Part shown: piece after piece, positions 41,721-53,600 of the stretch
How positions within the stretch are numbered: position 1 is the first letter of the stretch
Layout: every line of letters begins with the position of its first letter
DNA from: a virus
Strand: one strand, 5' to 3'
Length of the DNA stretch: 64,000 nucleotides
IMG/VR virus record: IMGVR_UViG_3300006921_004083
Span: 1 to 64,000 of that record
Made by a program: the position numbers and the translations under genes
Notes under the pieces: generated by a model
What the model saw: the letters and a program-made list of their open reading frames with translations, nothing else
Told to the model about the DNA's origin: nothing
Databases searched by the model: none

Positions 41721-41736
41721 CTCCTCTTCTTTTTTT
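41708..41736 (+). terminator. Intrinsic terminator
   Basis: GAAGAGGAG-ATAA-CTCCTCTTC followed by T7. Confidence 0.9.
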
Positions 41737-41763
41737 ATATAAGATATTTATAATAAAAACATT

Positions 41764-43401
41764 TTGGATAACAAGACTCGACAATATAATAGAATGAAAG
41801 AATTAATGGGATTAGAACCTATTAATCTTTCTGAACAAACACAACTAGATGTTAGTAAAAATCCTATAACTGCCACAGTAACTGACGTTAGTGTGGATGG
41901 TGAAACTGGGACGGCGGGATTCAATCAAGGAATTGAGGATTTTTCCCAAGGATTTGTAGGTGCGGAAACATCACTTGATGCTGTTAGACAAGGTATAGGA
42001 GTCACTCCTATAAGTCAGGGTATTGTAAATGAGATTGTTTTAGATTATCATTATAAAACCGGTCCTTTTATTCTTAAATATTCGTTTTCTAACGACATAA
42101 AACTCCCTACTGGGGTAATACCTAAGAACACAACTTTTACGACTAAGAATGCAAATTATGTGGGTCTAACAGATAAAGGACAAACCATTTCTGTAGAAAC
42201 ACCAACACCGGTAGAGGTAGAAGATGATAAAACAAACGAAAATAGAAATAGAAATAAAAAAATTGTCGACCTATTCAATACAGTTAATATTAAACTAGGT
42301 CTTAAAGATCCTTTTGTTTTATATTTTAGAAAGAATATAAGACCTATACTTAGAAGGATAAAAAAAGAACTTCCTGAATACGGACTTAATTTTAAGGACC
42401 AAGCAACAAAATGGGAAGGGGACCAAGTAGTTACTGAAAATTTTATAACTATTAAAGATATCTTATTAGAAAATTATACTGAAAGTTTGAAACAACTTAT
42501 AGATCTAAACGCCGCCAAAGAAGCACAAAAGAAAGATAAAAAAATGGCAAACGTTCTAGACAAAGAAATAGAAAAAGAAAAGAAAAAACTAATAGGTATA
42601 ATTAAACCAAAATTCAAAAAAATATTCAAGGAGTACACCAAGGATTTAACAGACGATGATTTAGTTAATTTAATAACATATTTTAATGTGTTTTTAGAAG
42701 GATTAAAAGGATCAAAATTGGGTTACCCACAATATAATATTACATTTTCAGAAAAAAAATTAAATGAGGAGGAAGAAGTTGATGTAGAAGAAGTGATTGA
42801 AACCCCTAAAGATATGTTAATTCATTTAAGGGATGAACAAGAGGTTGTGTTTATTAGTAGAAAATATCCATGTACGGTTACAATAGGTGGAGAACAGACA
42901 GGAGAAAATACAATATTTATAATGGATGCAACCTCACGTTATATCTATAAAGGAGGGGCTAAAACTACACCACAAGGGTCGACCACGGGAGACACAAAAA
43001 CAAAAATAGAAAACAACTTCTATACTTTACCAGTATATAATCAACTACAAAACGACAAAGGAAAATCATTTGACATAACAATGTCGATAGATATAGACCC
43101 TCAGGTTTATTTGGCTAAGGGCAACCAACATGCGGCTTTATTACAAAAACATGAAGGAGATTTATGGAAATATAAAACAAATATGTTAGATAACGGTTTT
43201 GAAATAAAAGAAATAAAATCATCACAAGGACAAACAACGAAGGTTCCTGGAGATGCAAAACTAAGATTTTTATTTAGTAGGGGTACGGAAAATGTTGAAT
43301 TTGGTAAAAAGTATCAGGTCACAGTATTACAAGATAATAATACTTTAGGTAAGTTAAATATAACAATTGATAAAATTAAAAAAGAAACTTCAGGTTTTTA
43401 A
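41764..43401 (+). CDS. Hypothetical protein (possible internal virion protein)
   Basis: 545 aa; TATTTATA at 41745-41752; start is TTG 41764 or ATG 41793. Confidence 0.6.
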   Translation: MDNKTRQYNRMKELMGLEPINLSEQTQLDVSKNPITATVTDVSVDGETGTAGFNQGIEDFSQGFVGAETSLDAVRQGIGVTPISQGIVNEIVLDYHYKTGPFILKYSFSNDIKLPTGVIPKNTTFTTKNANYVGLTDKGQTISVETPTPVEVEDDKTNENRNRNKKIVDLFNTVNIKLGLKDPFVLYFRKNIRPILRRIKKELPEYGLNFKDQATKWEGDQVVTENFITIKDILLENYTESLKQLIDLNAAKEAQKKDKKMANVLDKEIEKEKKKLIGIIKPKFKKIFKEYTKDLTDDDLVNLITYFNVFLEGLKGSKLGYPQYNITFSEKKLNEEEEVDVEEVIETPKDMLIHLRDEQEVVFISRKYPCTVTIGGEQTGENTIFIMDATSRYIYKGGAKTTPQGSTTGDTKTKIENNFYTLPVYNQLQNDKGKSFDITMSIDIDPQVYLAKGNQHAALLQKHEGDLWKYKTNMLDNGFEIKEIKSSQGQTTKVPGDAKLRFLFSRGTENVEFGKKYQVTVLQDNNTLGKLNITIDKIKKETSGF

Positions 43402-43408
43402 TTAAGTT

Positions 43409-45913
43409 ATGGCAGAAGATGCGAATAAAAGGATAGCGGAACTCCAACAACAAAGAGAGTTATTACAATGGATGATTGACAATCAAAAGAGGGTCAATAA
43501 CGGTGTTGCTGCCCATCTTAAAGCTCGAAAAGAACTGTATGAGTACACTCAAATGATGCAAGAAGCTGAAAAACAATTTGGTGAAACAACCAAAATGATA
43601 GCTGATCTTGAGGAAAAAAGAATTGAGTTAAGTGAGGAAGAAGAACAAAACTTAAGACAACTTAATAAAGACCTTAAAAAGAAATTAGATATCATAGGTA
43701 AAGAGATTAAGGCTCTTAAAAAAACACTTAGTATAAGGAAAGCGTTAGTTAAGGAAGTTGAAAAAGGGGTTAAAGCTCTTTACGATGAGATGTTCACCGT
43801 AAGAAAATTAACTAACTTATATCTAGAAATGGATAAGGCAATAAGAACACAAAGTGTTAGTATGGGTCTTACCGCAGGTTCTGCAGAAATATTTAGAGAA
43901 AACATGTTAGGGGCTGCAATGTTGGCGGCTCGTTTTAATGTTAGTTTGGCCGAAATTGCTAAAATACAAGGAGATATTTCCTCTAATTTAGGTACCGCAT
44001 CAATTTTAACTGAGGAAGAAATGGAACGATTTGGTGTCCTATACAAACTTTACCCCCAAATAGGTGACATGGCCTCAGACTTAGAACTTTTTGGTATAGG
44101 TTCCATACAAGCCGCTAAGGAATTTGAAAAAATGTTTCAAGACGCCCAAGCATTTGGACTAGACGCAACCAAATTTACTAAAAATATGGGTAAGAACATG
44201 AAACTAATGACCAAGTACAGGTTTAGAGGAGGGATTGAGGATCTAAAGAAAGCTACGGCGTTGACTCAGAGAATGAGACAAGACATGTCCGCATTTTCAG
44301 GATTTGCGGAAAAAGTTATGAGACCTGAAGGAGCAATTGAGGCAGCAGCGGCGTTACAAGTATTAGGTGGTGAAATGGGTAGACTAGGTGACCCATTTAT
44401 GTTAATGTCTAAAGCAAGAAATGACATGGCTGGCTTTACAGAAGAAGTTTTAGGTGCAACAATAGGGGTTGGAGTGTTCAACAAAAGAACAGGGACTTTT
44501 GATTTAACTGCTAATGAGTTAGACCGTCTAAGAGAGTTGGCCAAAATAACAGGACAATCATTTGACGACTTAACAGTACAAGCTAGGGAACAAGCTCAAG
44601 ATCAAAGAATACGTGCTGAAATAAGAGCAACAATAGACCCAAAAGATATAAGTTACTTAAGTGGACTAACAAAATTTGATGAAACTGGAGGTATGTTTAT
44701 TGAGGTTAGAGGAGAAAAGAAGGACCTTTCAAAGGTTACTCAAACAGACATTGAAATTTTAAGACAAGAGGAGGCAACAATGGAAGAAATGGTTAAAATG
44801 CAAATGACCTTCAAAGACAATCTTGATGCAATGGCTAAAATGTTACAATTAACATTACTCCCAATAATGGAATACCTAGGAAACCAAGCTAAAAAATATA
44901 CAGAATTAATGGCTGATTGGTCTGATAGTACTAAAAGATGGGTTACTGCGGGTATTATAGGTTTAACCGCAGCTTTTGGAATTGCTGCGATGTTTACAGC
45001 AGGGGCAAGTATGGGGGCAGGATTTGCGTTTACCTCTGGAGTTGGAAAATTAGCAGGTGGAGGTGGTGGAGCCGCCATGTCGGGATCAGCAGCTTTAGGT
45101 GCGGGTAAAGGACAAATGAAAAGACTTATGGGTACCGCTTTAGTTATAGCATCGATTGGTGTTGCTGTTGCCGCAGTAGGGGCCGGTGTTTATTTTGCGG
45201 TAAAAGGATTTGCGGCCTTGGCAAAAGAAATGAGAAATTTAGATAACCAACAACTAGAAACCCTAAAATCAATTATATTAGGTGTTGGTGTTGGGATTGG
45301 TTTGTTAATAGCAGCGATGGTAGGAGTTACCTTCCTAGGACCAAAGGCAGCTATTGCGATGTTAGCTTTAGGGGGGTCTTTAATGATGGTTGGTATTGGT
45401 GTTGGTATTGCCGCGGCTGGGATATCCCTAATAATTAGTGCCTTAGGTACATTGGCTGGGTTGGACTTTTCCACGTTACCTACTTTTGGGCAACTAACAG
45501 GGTTGGCGGGTGGTTTAGTAGCTCTTAGTGCTGCTTCTTTATTGGCTTTACCTGCAATGGGAGTGTTATCCTCTCTTTCAGCTATGGGGCCAGGTTTAGA
45601 GTCTGCCGGTAGGGGAGTAGGACTCTTAGCGGATAATATGGGTAAATTAGGTGAACATCTACAAACTGTGAGTGTTGGAGATAATGTAGCAGAGTTGGAA
45701 ACAGTAATATCTAGTCTTAATAATTTAATGGTACAAACACAAAAAACACCAATAAAAGTAGAAGTTGGTGGAAGAGTAGACGGTAGTGTTAATGTAGATA
45801 TTGAAGGTAGCGACTTCAGAAAAGATTTACTTAGGGATTCCTTCTTTTTAGAGGAATTAACTAGTAAAATAGAACAAAGGGTAAAGATTAGAGAAAAGAC
45901 TAGTGGATTGTAA
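43409..45913 (+). CDS. Tape measure protein
   Basis: Helical/coiled-coil N-terminus, Ala/Gly-rich hydrophobic segments in the C-terminal half; sits between chaperones and baseplate genes. Confidence 0.8.
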   Translation: MAEDANKRIAELQQQRELLQWMIDNQKRVNNGVAAHLKARKELYEYTQMMQEAEKQFGETTKMIADLEEKRIELSEEEEQNLRQLNKDLKKKLDIIGKEIKALKKTLSIRKALVKEVEKGVKALYDEMFTVRKLTNLYLEMDKAIRTQSVSMGLTAGSAEIFRENMLGAAMLAARFNVSLAEIAKIQGDISSNLGTASILTEEEMERFGVLYKLYPQIGDMASDLELFGIGSIQAAKEFEKMFQDAQAFGLDATKFTKNMGKNMKLMTKYRFRGGIEDLKKATALTQRMRQDMSAFSGFAEKVMRPEGAIEAAAALQVLGGEMGRLGDPFMLMSKARNDMAGFTEEVLGATIGVGVFNKRTGTFDLTANELDRLRELAKITGQSFDDLTVQAREQAQDQRIRAEIRATIDPKDISYLSGLTKFDETGGMFIEVRGEKKDLSKVTQTDIEILRQEEATMEEMVKMQMTFKDNLDAMAKMLQLTLLPIMEYLGNQAKKYTELMADWSDSTKRWVTAGIIGLTAAFGIAAMFTAGASMGAGFAFTSGVGKLAGGGGGAAMSGSAALGAGKGQMKRLMGTALVIASIGVAVAAVGAGVYFAVKGFAALAKEMRNLDNQQLETLKSIILGVGVGIGLLIAAMVGVTFLGPKAAIAMLALGGSLMMVGIGVGIAAAGISLIISALGTLAGLDFSTLPTFGQLTGLAGGLVALSAASLLALPAMGVLSSLSAMGPGLESAGRGVGLLADNMGKLGEHLQTVSVGDNVAELETVISSLNNLMVQTQKTPIKVEVGGRVDGSVNVDIEGSDFRKDLLRDSFFLEELTSKIEQRVKIREKTSGL

Positions 45914-45966
45914 TGGTTTTTATCCTCAATAAAAGTTAATTAAAAATATTTATTCTAAAAGGATAT

Positions 45967-48900
45967 ATGTCACTGAATATAGATAATACAATAATAAATG
46001 GAGTACCACAAGCTACAACCACTCAGGAATTGAGGGAATGGCTCCTATCACGTAATTTACCAAACGTGATAACTGAGGCTGGATTCCAACAAAATATTGA
46101 AATGTATCAGGAATCTTCTTTATTATTTGAAGAAGAAAATACTAACATCCTACAACAATTAATAGCAGGTAATGAATATTTTAACACCGGTGTTTTATAT
46201 GATGATGGATTATTAAATACCGGCCAACAAGAATTTAATATATACGGGATAAATAATACTGGTACGTTAAATTTAGATAGTGTAACCAACACATTAGGGA
46301 CACCTATGCCACACATACAATGTGATTTTCCCGAATATATATTCCCAGTACAATCGAGTAAATTATGTGAAATAAATTTATACACTTACGAAGCTGTCTA
46401 CACTGCTGAAGACGGACAAGGTGCCGATTTTTTCGATAATGTAACAAGTAATGGGGATACTGTTGGAGATATAGTACAACCAGGAAGATTTGGTAAACTT
46501 CCTCAGTTTATGATGGGAAGTTTTGATAATAGGTATGGTGCCTTAATTAATTACCCAAGTGATACAGCATCGCTAGTAATGAAAACCCAAGCACAAAACC
46601 CATCAAATAACCCATATTCGTGGTTTATGAGTAATCCTATAATGTATGATTTATTTATTTCTCCTAATTTTGAGGGTAACTTTATGAGATTTGATGCGAC
46701 CACACTGGAACTATCCCCACTAGATAATAGATTTTATGGATTAAAAATAAGTGAAAGAGGATTTCAATTTAATAACGCCACGGCCCCAGATGGTTCTGGA
46801 GTTAAAACCTTTTATACTCCACTACAACCTTATAATGATGGGGTTACCGACAGCGCACCACCAATACTACTTCAAAATACTAGAATATTAGAACAATGGT
46901 TATTGGGTTCGTTTGGTACTAGAACCACTCGAGACTTACTACTTAATAGAAATTTATTTTCTTCAGGAGACATGTATATTGGTGGGAGTCCTAATGTACC
47001 AGCAATTGATTATGTAGAAGGTACTGTTGGTTTGAATAATTCTTATTATAGTTTAGCGTGGGCTCTCTCAGGACCACGTAAACCAAAAACTAATACTAAC
47101 TATTTTGTACAACAGTTAAGAATAAGTGATCTTTTAGGAATAAATAATGATTATGAATTTGGTATTAACAGAGGTTTAGTACAAGAAATTAGACAAGGTA
47201 AAAATAAATCAGAAGAATCCCAAGTAAGATGGACCCCAGAAACGGGACCAGAAGATACTATTGTTAATAGTTTACTTTCACCAGTTGGTGACAAAGGATT
47301 ATTAAATTTTACACAAAAACTTGTTAATACAGCGGCGGTTAACGGAGAGGATTTATCTATTGGTGATAATATAAGACAAGACACAAGATACTTAAAAACT
47401 AAAAATGGAACAATTAGTAGAGGTTCTGGTATATGGAACTATAGAAATGACGGACAAAAACCTTATGCTAGGAGTTGGGTAAGACCCTCCAATGTCTACT
47501 CTCCAGAATCAGGTAATGAAAACCCAGAATCCTACTCCCGATATGATGCCCTTCTAAGACATAGACCATTGGTAATGTCAACAACAGGAGATACCTTTGG
47601 TATGAGAGGAGGTTGGAGTAATGGAGCAAGTGTTATAAATGATGTAAGTGGCGCGCACATAGCACAAAGTTCTAAAGATGATATTAGAAATTTTATGTTT
47701 TCTTTAGAAAATTTAGCTTGGAAGGATAATGTAGATGGGGTTTTAGCTAAACATGAAATAGGACCAAACGGAGGAAGATTGATGTGGTTCCCTCCTTACA
47801 TAGAAAGTTGGACGGAGAACTCAAACGCTAATTATAACCAAACTGATATAATTGGTAGAATTGAACCTATATGGACTTATAAAAATTCAGTTAGACAAGC
47901 AAATCTAAACTTTATGATGGTCACAGATTATCCAGAGGTAATAGATACAATGAACTTTACTGAAAATTCTGACATGGAGGCGGCACAATTCTTTGGAGGA
48001 CAAGATTTTGAAAAACACATTGGACAGATAGCGGCAGGAAAACCACCAACATTTGCTAATCCAGAAGAGTACCAAAATTTATTAGCGGCAGTAGTTGCAC
48101 CAGAACCAGTAAATAATAACCCATTACCTGAAGGGTTCCAAGTACCAACAGAAACCGGACCAGCAGACTCAACACCACTACAAGTATTTTATTATAGTGG
48201 ATGTACCGAAATAGGGAGTGTTGTGTGGGATACATCAAATTCAGATGCGGAGGAGGTTTATAGTGCCACCCAACCAGTCGACACAAACGCGGGACAGTTC
48301 TTCGACACTCAATTTAATGCAGTATCAGGAGGTGAGGCGGAACCTTTTGTTAACACTAATGGACAAACACAATTTGGAGCTGAAATTAATTTTGAGTCTT
48401 TAGGACAATTTCTAGCCAGTGAAGATGGGAAACAATATAAAGTAGTTATAACAACTTATAACGCTCCCGTATTCGAATTAAAGGCAGAAAACCAAGTAAT
48501 AGAAGATATTGCAGACTCAATGGACCCCTCACAAGGATCTATGTTGGTAGAATATTATGCCGACCAATCATATGAGGCTCAAGAGATTTTCGCCAAAGAC
48601 AGAAATACTTGTGCTCCTTTAAGGGCCGAAAATCTTAAAGCTAAACTAACAAATACAATATTATATTATGAACAAGGTAATCCAGTGGTAACCCCGGAGG
48701 TACCACCAGCAACAGACCAATACATAGATGAATGGTATAGTGATCAAGATCCACCTGAAGGTAGGTGGGAGATTAGAGATGGTGGGAGAGTACCTGGAGC
48801 GGGTGAGTTATTACGTGGTCCATTTATAGAAATAGAGCCAGACACTTCATACGCACCAGGACAATATGAGATGGGACCAATAATACCTGTATTACCAGTA

Positions 48901-50289
48901 ACTATTAGTATTGAAGTAAACCCAGAATTAATGTCCATAACGGCAGTTGAGGAGGCAGAAGAAGAATATACAAGAAGATTAACAGAAACTCATAATGATT
49001 ATGTACAAAATAATTTAAGAATTCCAGATGGTGATTATTTTGAAAAACTTAAAGAAACCGATCTTTTTGCTTACCAAACATACAAAGATAAAGTTAAAAA
49101 CTTTCATCCAGCATTTCACTCAGTGCATCCATGTGGATTCAACTCCAGAATGACATTCTTAAACCAATGTCTAAGACCTGGTCCATCCATAAATTCTACG
49201 GTAGGTCCTAATAATATGGCATTTGGTAGACCACCAATATCAGTTCTTAGGTTAGGAGATTTCTATCATTGTAAAGTCGTTATTAATAATATTGACTTCA
49301 GTTATGAACAACCTTTTTGGGATCTTAATCCTGAAGGTATTGGGGCACAACCTTGGATTGTTAGGGTTTCTATGCAAATGTTTATTGTAGGTGGTATGTC
49401 TTTATCTGGACCACTATCACAACTACAAAATGCGGTTTCGTTTAATTATTTTGCTAATACAGAAATTTGTGAACCAGATAGGGCGAACCCTACTAAATAT
49501 ATGACAACTACAACTACCACCACAGAAGAAATAACGGATGATGAAATAACTATTACCAATACTCAAATTGTTAATACTGGTACGACTTATAACTATGATG
49601 GAGATAGTGGTGGTGGTGACGGTGGAGGAGGGTATGATTATTCCGGTGATAGTGGTGATTATGACTATTCAGGTGACAGTGGAGGAGGTTCAGATGAAGT
49701 TCCAACAACAGTCCAATACTACAAATTCCAAGATTCTCAATTAGTACACGCTCTTTTTGAAAATATATGGGATAATACTGATTGGGCAGGAGGGACTAGA
49801 TTTTTTCAGACAGGGGCTGAAGTATCTTTAGGTAGAGTGACTGACGCGTCAGTTACACCAGGGGTTTGGAAACTTAGTTATACAATAAAACCAGACTCAA
49901 TAATGGTTAATAATCAAGCCAGACAGTTAAGTGATTCACAAACTCATCATATGCCTTTAATAACAGATACCGAAGGATGTATGGAACATTATTTGACGGG
50001 TGGGTGTGCCGCACTCGATGCAAGTATGAAATTATTGAATCAAGAAGTAACAAATCATTATATAGAAGTATTCGATAAATACAAAAAGGCAACACCAGCA
50101 GGGTATTGGAATAACCCAACAGCCTACGACACTCCACCGACCGACTACGCACAGGTTGTAATAGAGTATTGTTCTTCGGCGGACGGAAGTCTTTTTGCGA
50201 ATCAAAATATTGCGTTGTGTAAAAATTCATACGGAGGAGCTGAAGCTATCTATAATGCTAATGACTCAGTAATACATTCAAACCATTAA
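45967..50289 (+). CDS. Baseplate/tube-initiator-like protein with large insertions
   Basis: FPPY...TENS.ANY..TDIIGRIEP..TY....R...L.F and PP..VLRLGDFY...VVI..IDFSYE...WD are two halves of a tube-like baseplate domain; position after the tape measure. Confidence 0.6.
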   Translation: MSLNIDNTIINGVPQATTTQELREWLLSRNLPNVITEAGFQQNIEMYQESSLLFEEENTNILQQLIAGNEYFNTGVLYDDGLLNTGQQEFNIYGINNTGTLNLDSVTNTLGTPMPHIQCDFPEYIFPVQSSKLCEINLYTYEAVYTAEDGQGADFFDNVTSNGDTVGDIVQPGRFGKLPQFMMGSFDNRYGALINYPSDTASLVMKTQAQNPSNNPYSWFMSNPIMYDLFISPNFEGNFMRFDATTLELSPLDNRFYGLKISERGFQFNNATAPDGSGVKTFYTPLQPYNDGVTDSAPPILLQNTRILEQWLLGSFGTRTTRDLLLNRNLFSSGDMYIGGSPNVPAIDYVEGTVGLNNSYYSLAWALSGPRKPKTNTNYFVQQLRISDLLGINNDYEFGINRGLVQEIRQGKNKSEESQVRWTPETGPEDTIVNSLLSPVGDKGLLNFTQKLVNTAAVNGEDLSIGDNIRQDTRYLKTKNGTISRGSGIWNYRNDGQKPYARSWVRPSNVYSPESGNENPESYSRYDALLRHRPLVMSTTGDTFGMRGGWSNGASVINDVSGAHIAQSSKDDIRNFMFSLENLAWKDNVDGVLAKHEIGPNGGRLMWFPPYIESWTENSNANYNQTDIIGRIEPIWTYKNSVRQANLNFMMVTDYPEVIDTMNFTENSDMEAAQFFGGQDFEKHIGQIAAGKPPTFANPEEYQNLLAAVVAPEPVNNNPLPEGFQVPTETGPADSTPLQVFYYSGCTEIGSVVWDTSNSDAEEVYSATQPVDTNAGQFFDTQFNAVSGGEAEPFVNTNGQTQFGAEINFESLGQFLASEDGKQYKVVITTYNAPVFELKAENQVIEDIADSMDPSQGSMLVEYYADQSYEAQEIFAKDRNTCAPLRAENLKAKLTNTILYYEQGNPVVTPEVPPATDQYIDEWYSDQDPPEGRWEIRDGGRVPGAGELLRGPFIEIEPDTSYAPGQYEMGPIIPVLPVTISIEVNPELMSITAVEEAEEEYTRRLTETHNDYVQNNLRIPDGDYFEKLKETDLFAYQTYKDKVKNFHPAFHSVHPCGFNSRMTFLNQCLRPGPSINSTVGPNNMAFGRPPISVLRLGDFYHCKVVINNIDFSYEQPFWDLNPEGIGAQPWIVRVSMQMFIVGGMSLSGPLSQLQNAVSFNYFANTEICEPDRANPTKYMTTTTTTTEEITDDEITITNTQIVNTGTTYNYDGDSGGGDGGGGYDYSGDSGDYDYSGDSGGGSDEVPTTVQYYKFQDSQLVHALFENIWDNTDWAGGTRFFQTGAEVSLGRVTDASVTPGVWKLSYTIKPDSIMVNNQARQLSDSQTHHMPLITDTEGCMEHYLTGGCAALDASMKLLNQEVTNHYIEVFDKYKKATPAGYWNNPTAYDTPPTDYAQVVIEYCSSADGSLFANQNIALCKNSYGGAEAIYNANDSVIHSNH

Positions 50290-50301
50290 TAAAATAAAAC
50301 T

Positions 50302-50622
50302 ATGAGCGTATATTACAATAGATATTATAAAATGACAAACCAAGGGGGGTACCCTAAGATGATGCCTTTTATTTCATTAAATGAAAAAAACAGTGACAAA
50401 TTTGAAGTTTATAAAAAGGGAGTAACAAGATTCGATAAGCTAAGTCAAAAATATTATGGTAATCCTTTTCATGGTTGGTTAATAATGTTAGCCAACCCAA
50501 CGTACGGAGGACTAGAGTTCGTTATAAAAGAAGGAGAGATTATTAGAATACCCTTTCCCTTCAAAGACACTTTACAAGAGTATGAAGATGCAGTAAATAC
50601 ACACATTAGATTAAATGGTTAA
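50302..50622 (+). CDS. Baseplate wedge protein, gp53/LysM-like
   Basis: RFDKLSQKYYGNP..GWLIMLANP...G.IIRIP. Confidence 0.8.
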   Translation: MSVYYNRYYKMTNQGGYPKMMPFISLNEKNSDKFEVYKKGVTRFDKLSQKYYGNPFHGWLIMLANPTYGGLEFVIKEGEIIRIPFPFKDTLQEYEDAVNTHIRLNG

Positions 50623-50624
50623 TT

Positions 50625-53600
50625 ATGGGGATAAAAATAGTAGATCCAAATAAAGTTATAAGTGAATATATTAGTGACTACCAAAGTGGTCAACCTTTTC
50701 CTACTAACATAGGAGAGGGCCCTGTCACTACACCCCCAGAAGATTTAGTTACGTATGTAGACCTAGAAGTTTTTTTACCGGGTAGGTCTATTATAGTAGA
50801 CGATGTTGCAAGACAACAACAAAGAAAAGAAAACATAGGTTTTGTTGTACCTAAAAATTTACCAAAAGAAAATTATGGAAAATTAGGGACTTCTTGGACA
50901 AATATCGGAGGACTCCAGGGATTTCAAAAAAATGACGACGGGGCGTACACAGTTGATGGAAGTGGAAGTTTTCAAAAACAAGGGTCCTTTAATGAAACTT
51001 TCGGGATACAGGATATTCAAATAAAACTTAACTCCTCTTTTGAGCCTCAAGTTTTTATAACTTTTGTGGATATTAGAGGGGCTTCATTAATGGAACCAGG
51101 ACTCCAATCCCCCTACGCCGCCTTTTTCCACATGCCATATCCTTTATTCACTCTTACTATTAAAGGTTTTTATGGAAGAGGTATTTCTTATAAATTACAC
51201 TTAATGAAATTTAACTCTAGGTTTGATAACGATACGGGAAATTTTATTATAAAATGTGAATTTATTGGTTTTACTTTTACTTATCTTGCTGATATGCCGG
51301 CAATATATGCGGATGTTGGACCAGATTTATTGGGTTTTTATGGGACCGAAGCTGGGGGAGAACACGAATTTGCTACAAATTTTGAGAGTGGTAGAGACCC
51401 TAGAAAACCATGGCCAGAAGGTAGTATGACATTAGGGGTTTATATAAATAATATTGCCACTTTAGCCGCAAAAATGGATCATTTTGAAGATGATTCAGTA
51501 TCTACTGATTATTACTTACTTACAGACAGTCTTGATAGATTAAGAAATATAGAATTAAGGTGGGGTGGAATCGCTAGTGATGTTAATTGTACCGACGCGG
51601 CATCAGCAGGTTGTGGATACGTATTCTCAACCAGTATGGTTATAACAGCAAAAGAGTTATATACCGACACTGGGGCACTCGTGTCTATAGATGAAGCAAA
51701 AGTCTTTAGGAATGTTAATAATGCAGATAATTATCGACAACTTTTATTACAATTAAGGGGTACAGACAAAAATAACGCAGATACTACTTTAACTAATAAC
51801 TCTATTGAGGACGCAAACTTTATCGGATACGTTAATAGTATATATGACAGTATTGACGAGGTGTCTATCGGGTACTTGGGCACTCCCCCATCCACAGCTC
51901 TAATAAATCAAGGAGATGAAAATTACGAGGTTTATGGTACGGTATCTAAGTGTCCAGATTGTACAACGGAAGATATAAGTGAGGGGAGATATGGTATTGG
52001 ACAAATAGATGCGGAAGAATATTTTAAGAAATTAAGAGCGTATATAACCAAGGGAGAGCAACAAGAGAAAGAACTAAAAACAAAAATGAATATTCAAGAA
52101 AATGAATTAAAACTTGACACTCTTGTTATGCCTCCAACTCTTGAAAATGTATTTAAGTTACTATGTAATGGTATTACAGCCTTCCAAAAAGTTTTAGTGG
52201 AGGTGGGGACATTGGCATATACCCAACACAATAATGACGATAATATAAAAGCACTATTATTAAATAATGGTGGTTCAGATATAAAAAGTTTACAAGACGC
52301 CAATTCCGAAATGTATGCCTTTCCTCTATATTATGAAACAAGAAGTGATTCTTTACCTAGTGGGGTAACTGGAAAAATTGAAAAAGTAAGTAGGGTAACA
52401 AAACAGTTCCCAGGTTGGAAAGTAAATAAAACAACTTATGGAAGGCCAGAGTTTATAGTACCAAAAAAATGGCCAGAGATAACTCTAGTAGAACAACTAA
52501 TACGATTCATAATTAAAAAACAAAGAGAACTAAAACAATCTTGGGATCCTGGATCTGCAGAATTCAAAGACGGATATATTCCAGCAATTGTTGAGGAAAC
52601 CCCATTGTTACCTATTAGTCCATATCTAAGACTTACCGATGTAAAAAAACAAATCATACCTCTTTTAATGATTAGGACGATGATGAGATTAGGACATACT
52701 AATAATTTCCCCGTACCTAACCAAACAACAGACTATCCTGGGTTTGGTAGTGAGGACGCAACCACTATATCTATTCTTAAAGAGGCCCTTAAAAATGATA
52801 GTGCCACAAAAACTCTTAGTAGTGATAATGGAGGGTACGATGCGTTGGAAGCACTTGGCCAACTAGAGGCAGAAACTCTATTAACAGGAGTATTAGACAC
52901 TGGTAAAAAAAGACTAAAAGAGATACTGTCAACTCTAACTAATGAGGCATCGATGAATACTCAAAAAGGAAAAGGAAAAAAAGCTACGGAAACAGCAATT
53001 AAGTTATTAAAAGAAGCTGGTTACGGAATTGAGTCAAAAACAGTAGGAGAATATACATTTGTAGGATTCCAAGGGGCTAAAGACCCATTAAATGATGTTA
53101 TTACTTACCATAGTGTTATTGGACTTATAGGACAAGCAGTAGAAAATAAATATGAATATTGGTTACCTAATATAGACACAAAATTAAGCTCCAATATATT
53201 TTATGATACATGTAGTGATGCGGATTATGCAATGGAGTGTAAAGGTTTTTATATTTCATCCGTGGCTCATTATAGAACAGAAGGGTCTAGCGACCAACAA
53301 GTAGAAAATTTAGATAATAAACAAAACGAGGAATTAGTAACGGCAGGAGATAAATTAATTGATTGGTATAAAACTTGTTTTGGAGAAGAAGGAGGAACTG
53401 AATCTGAATATAGTAAAGTTGAAAAGTTAGTTATTGGACCACAAGGAACTCTTGATTATGATTATAAATTATGGTTAGGGTGGGATTTCTTTTCATACTG
53501 GTCTAGAACCAAATATACTGAAAAGGTAAACACAGAGAAACAATCTAATAATTTTAGTAGTTCAAACCATATTAAACCAGACCAATTCGCACCCCACGCG

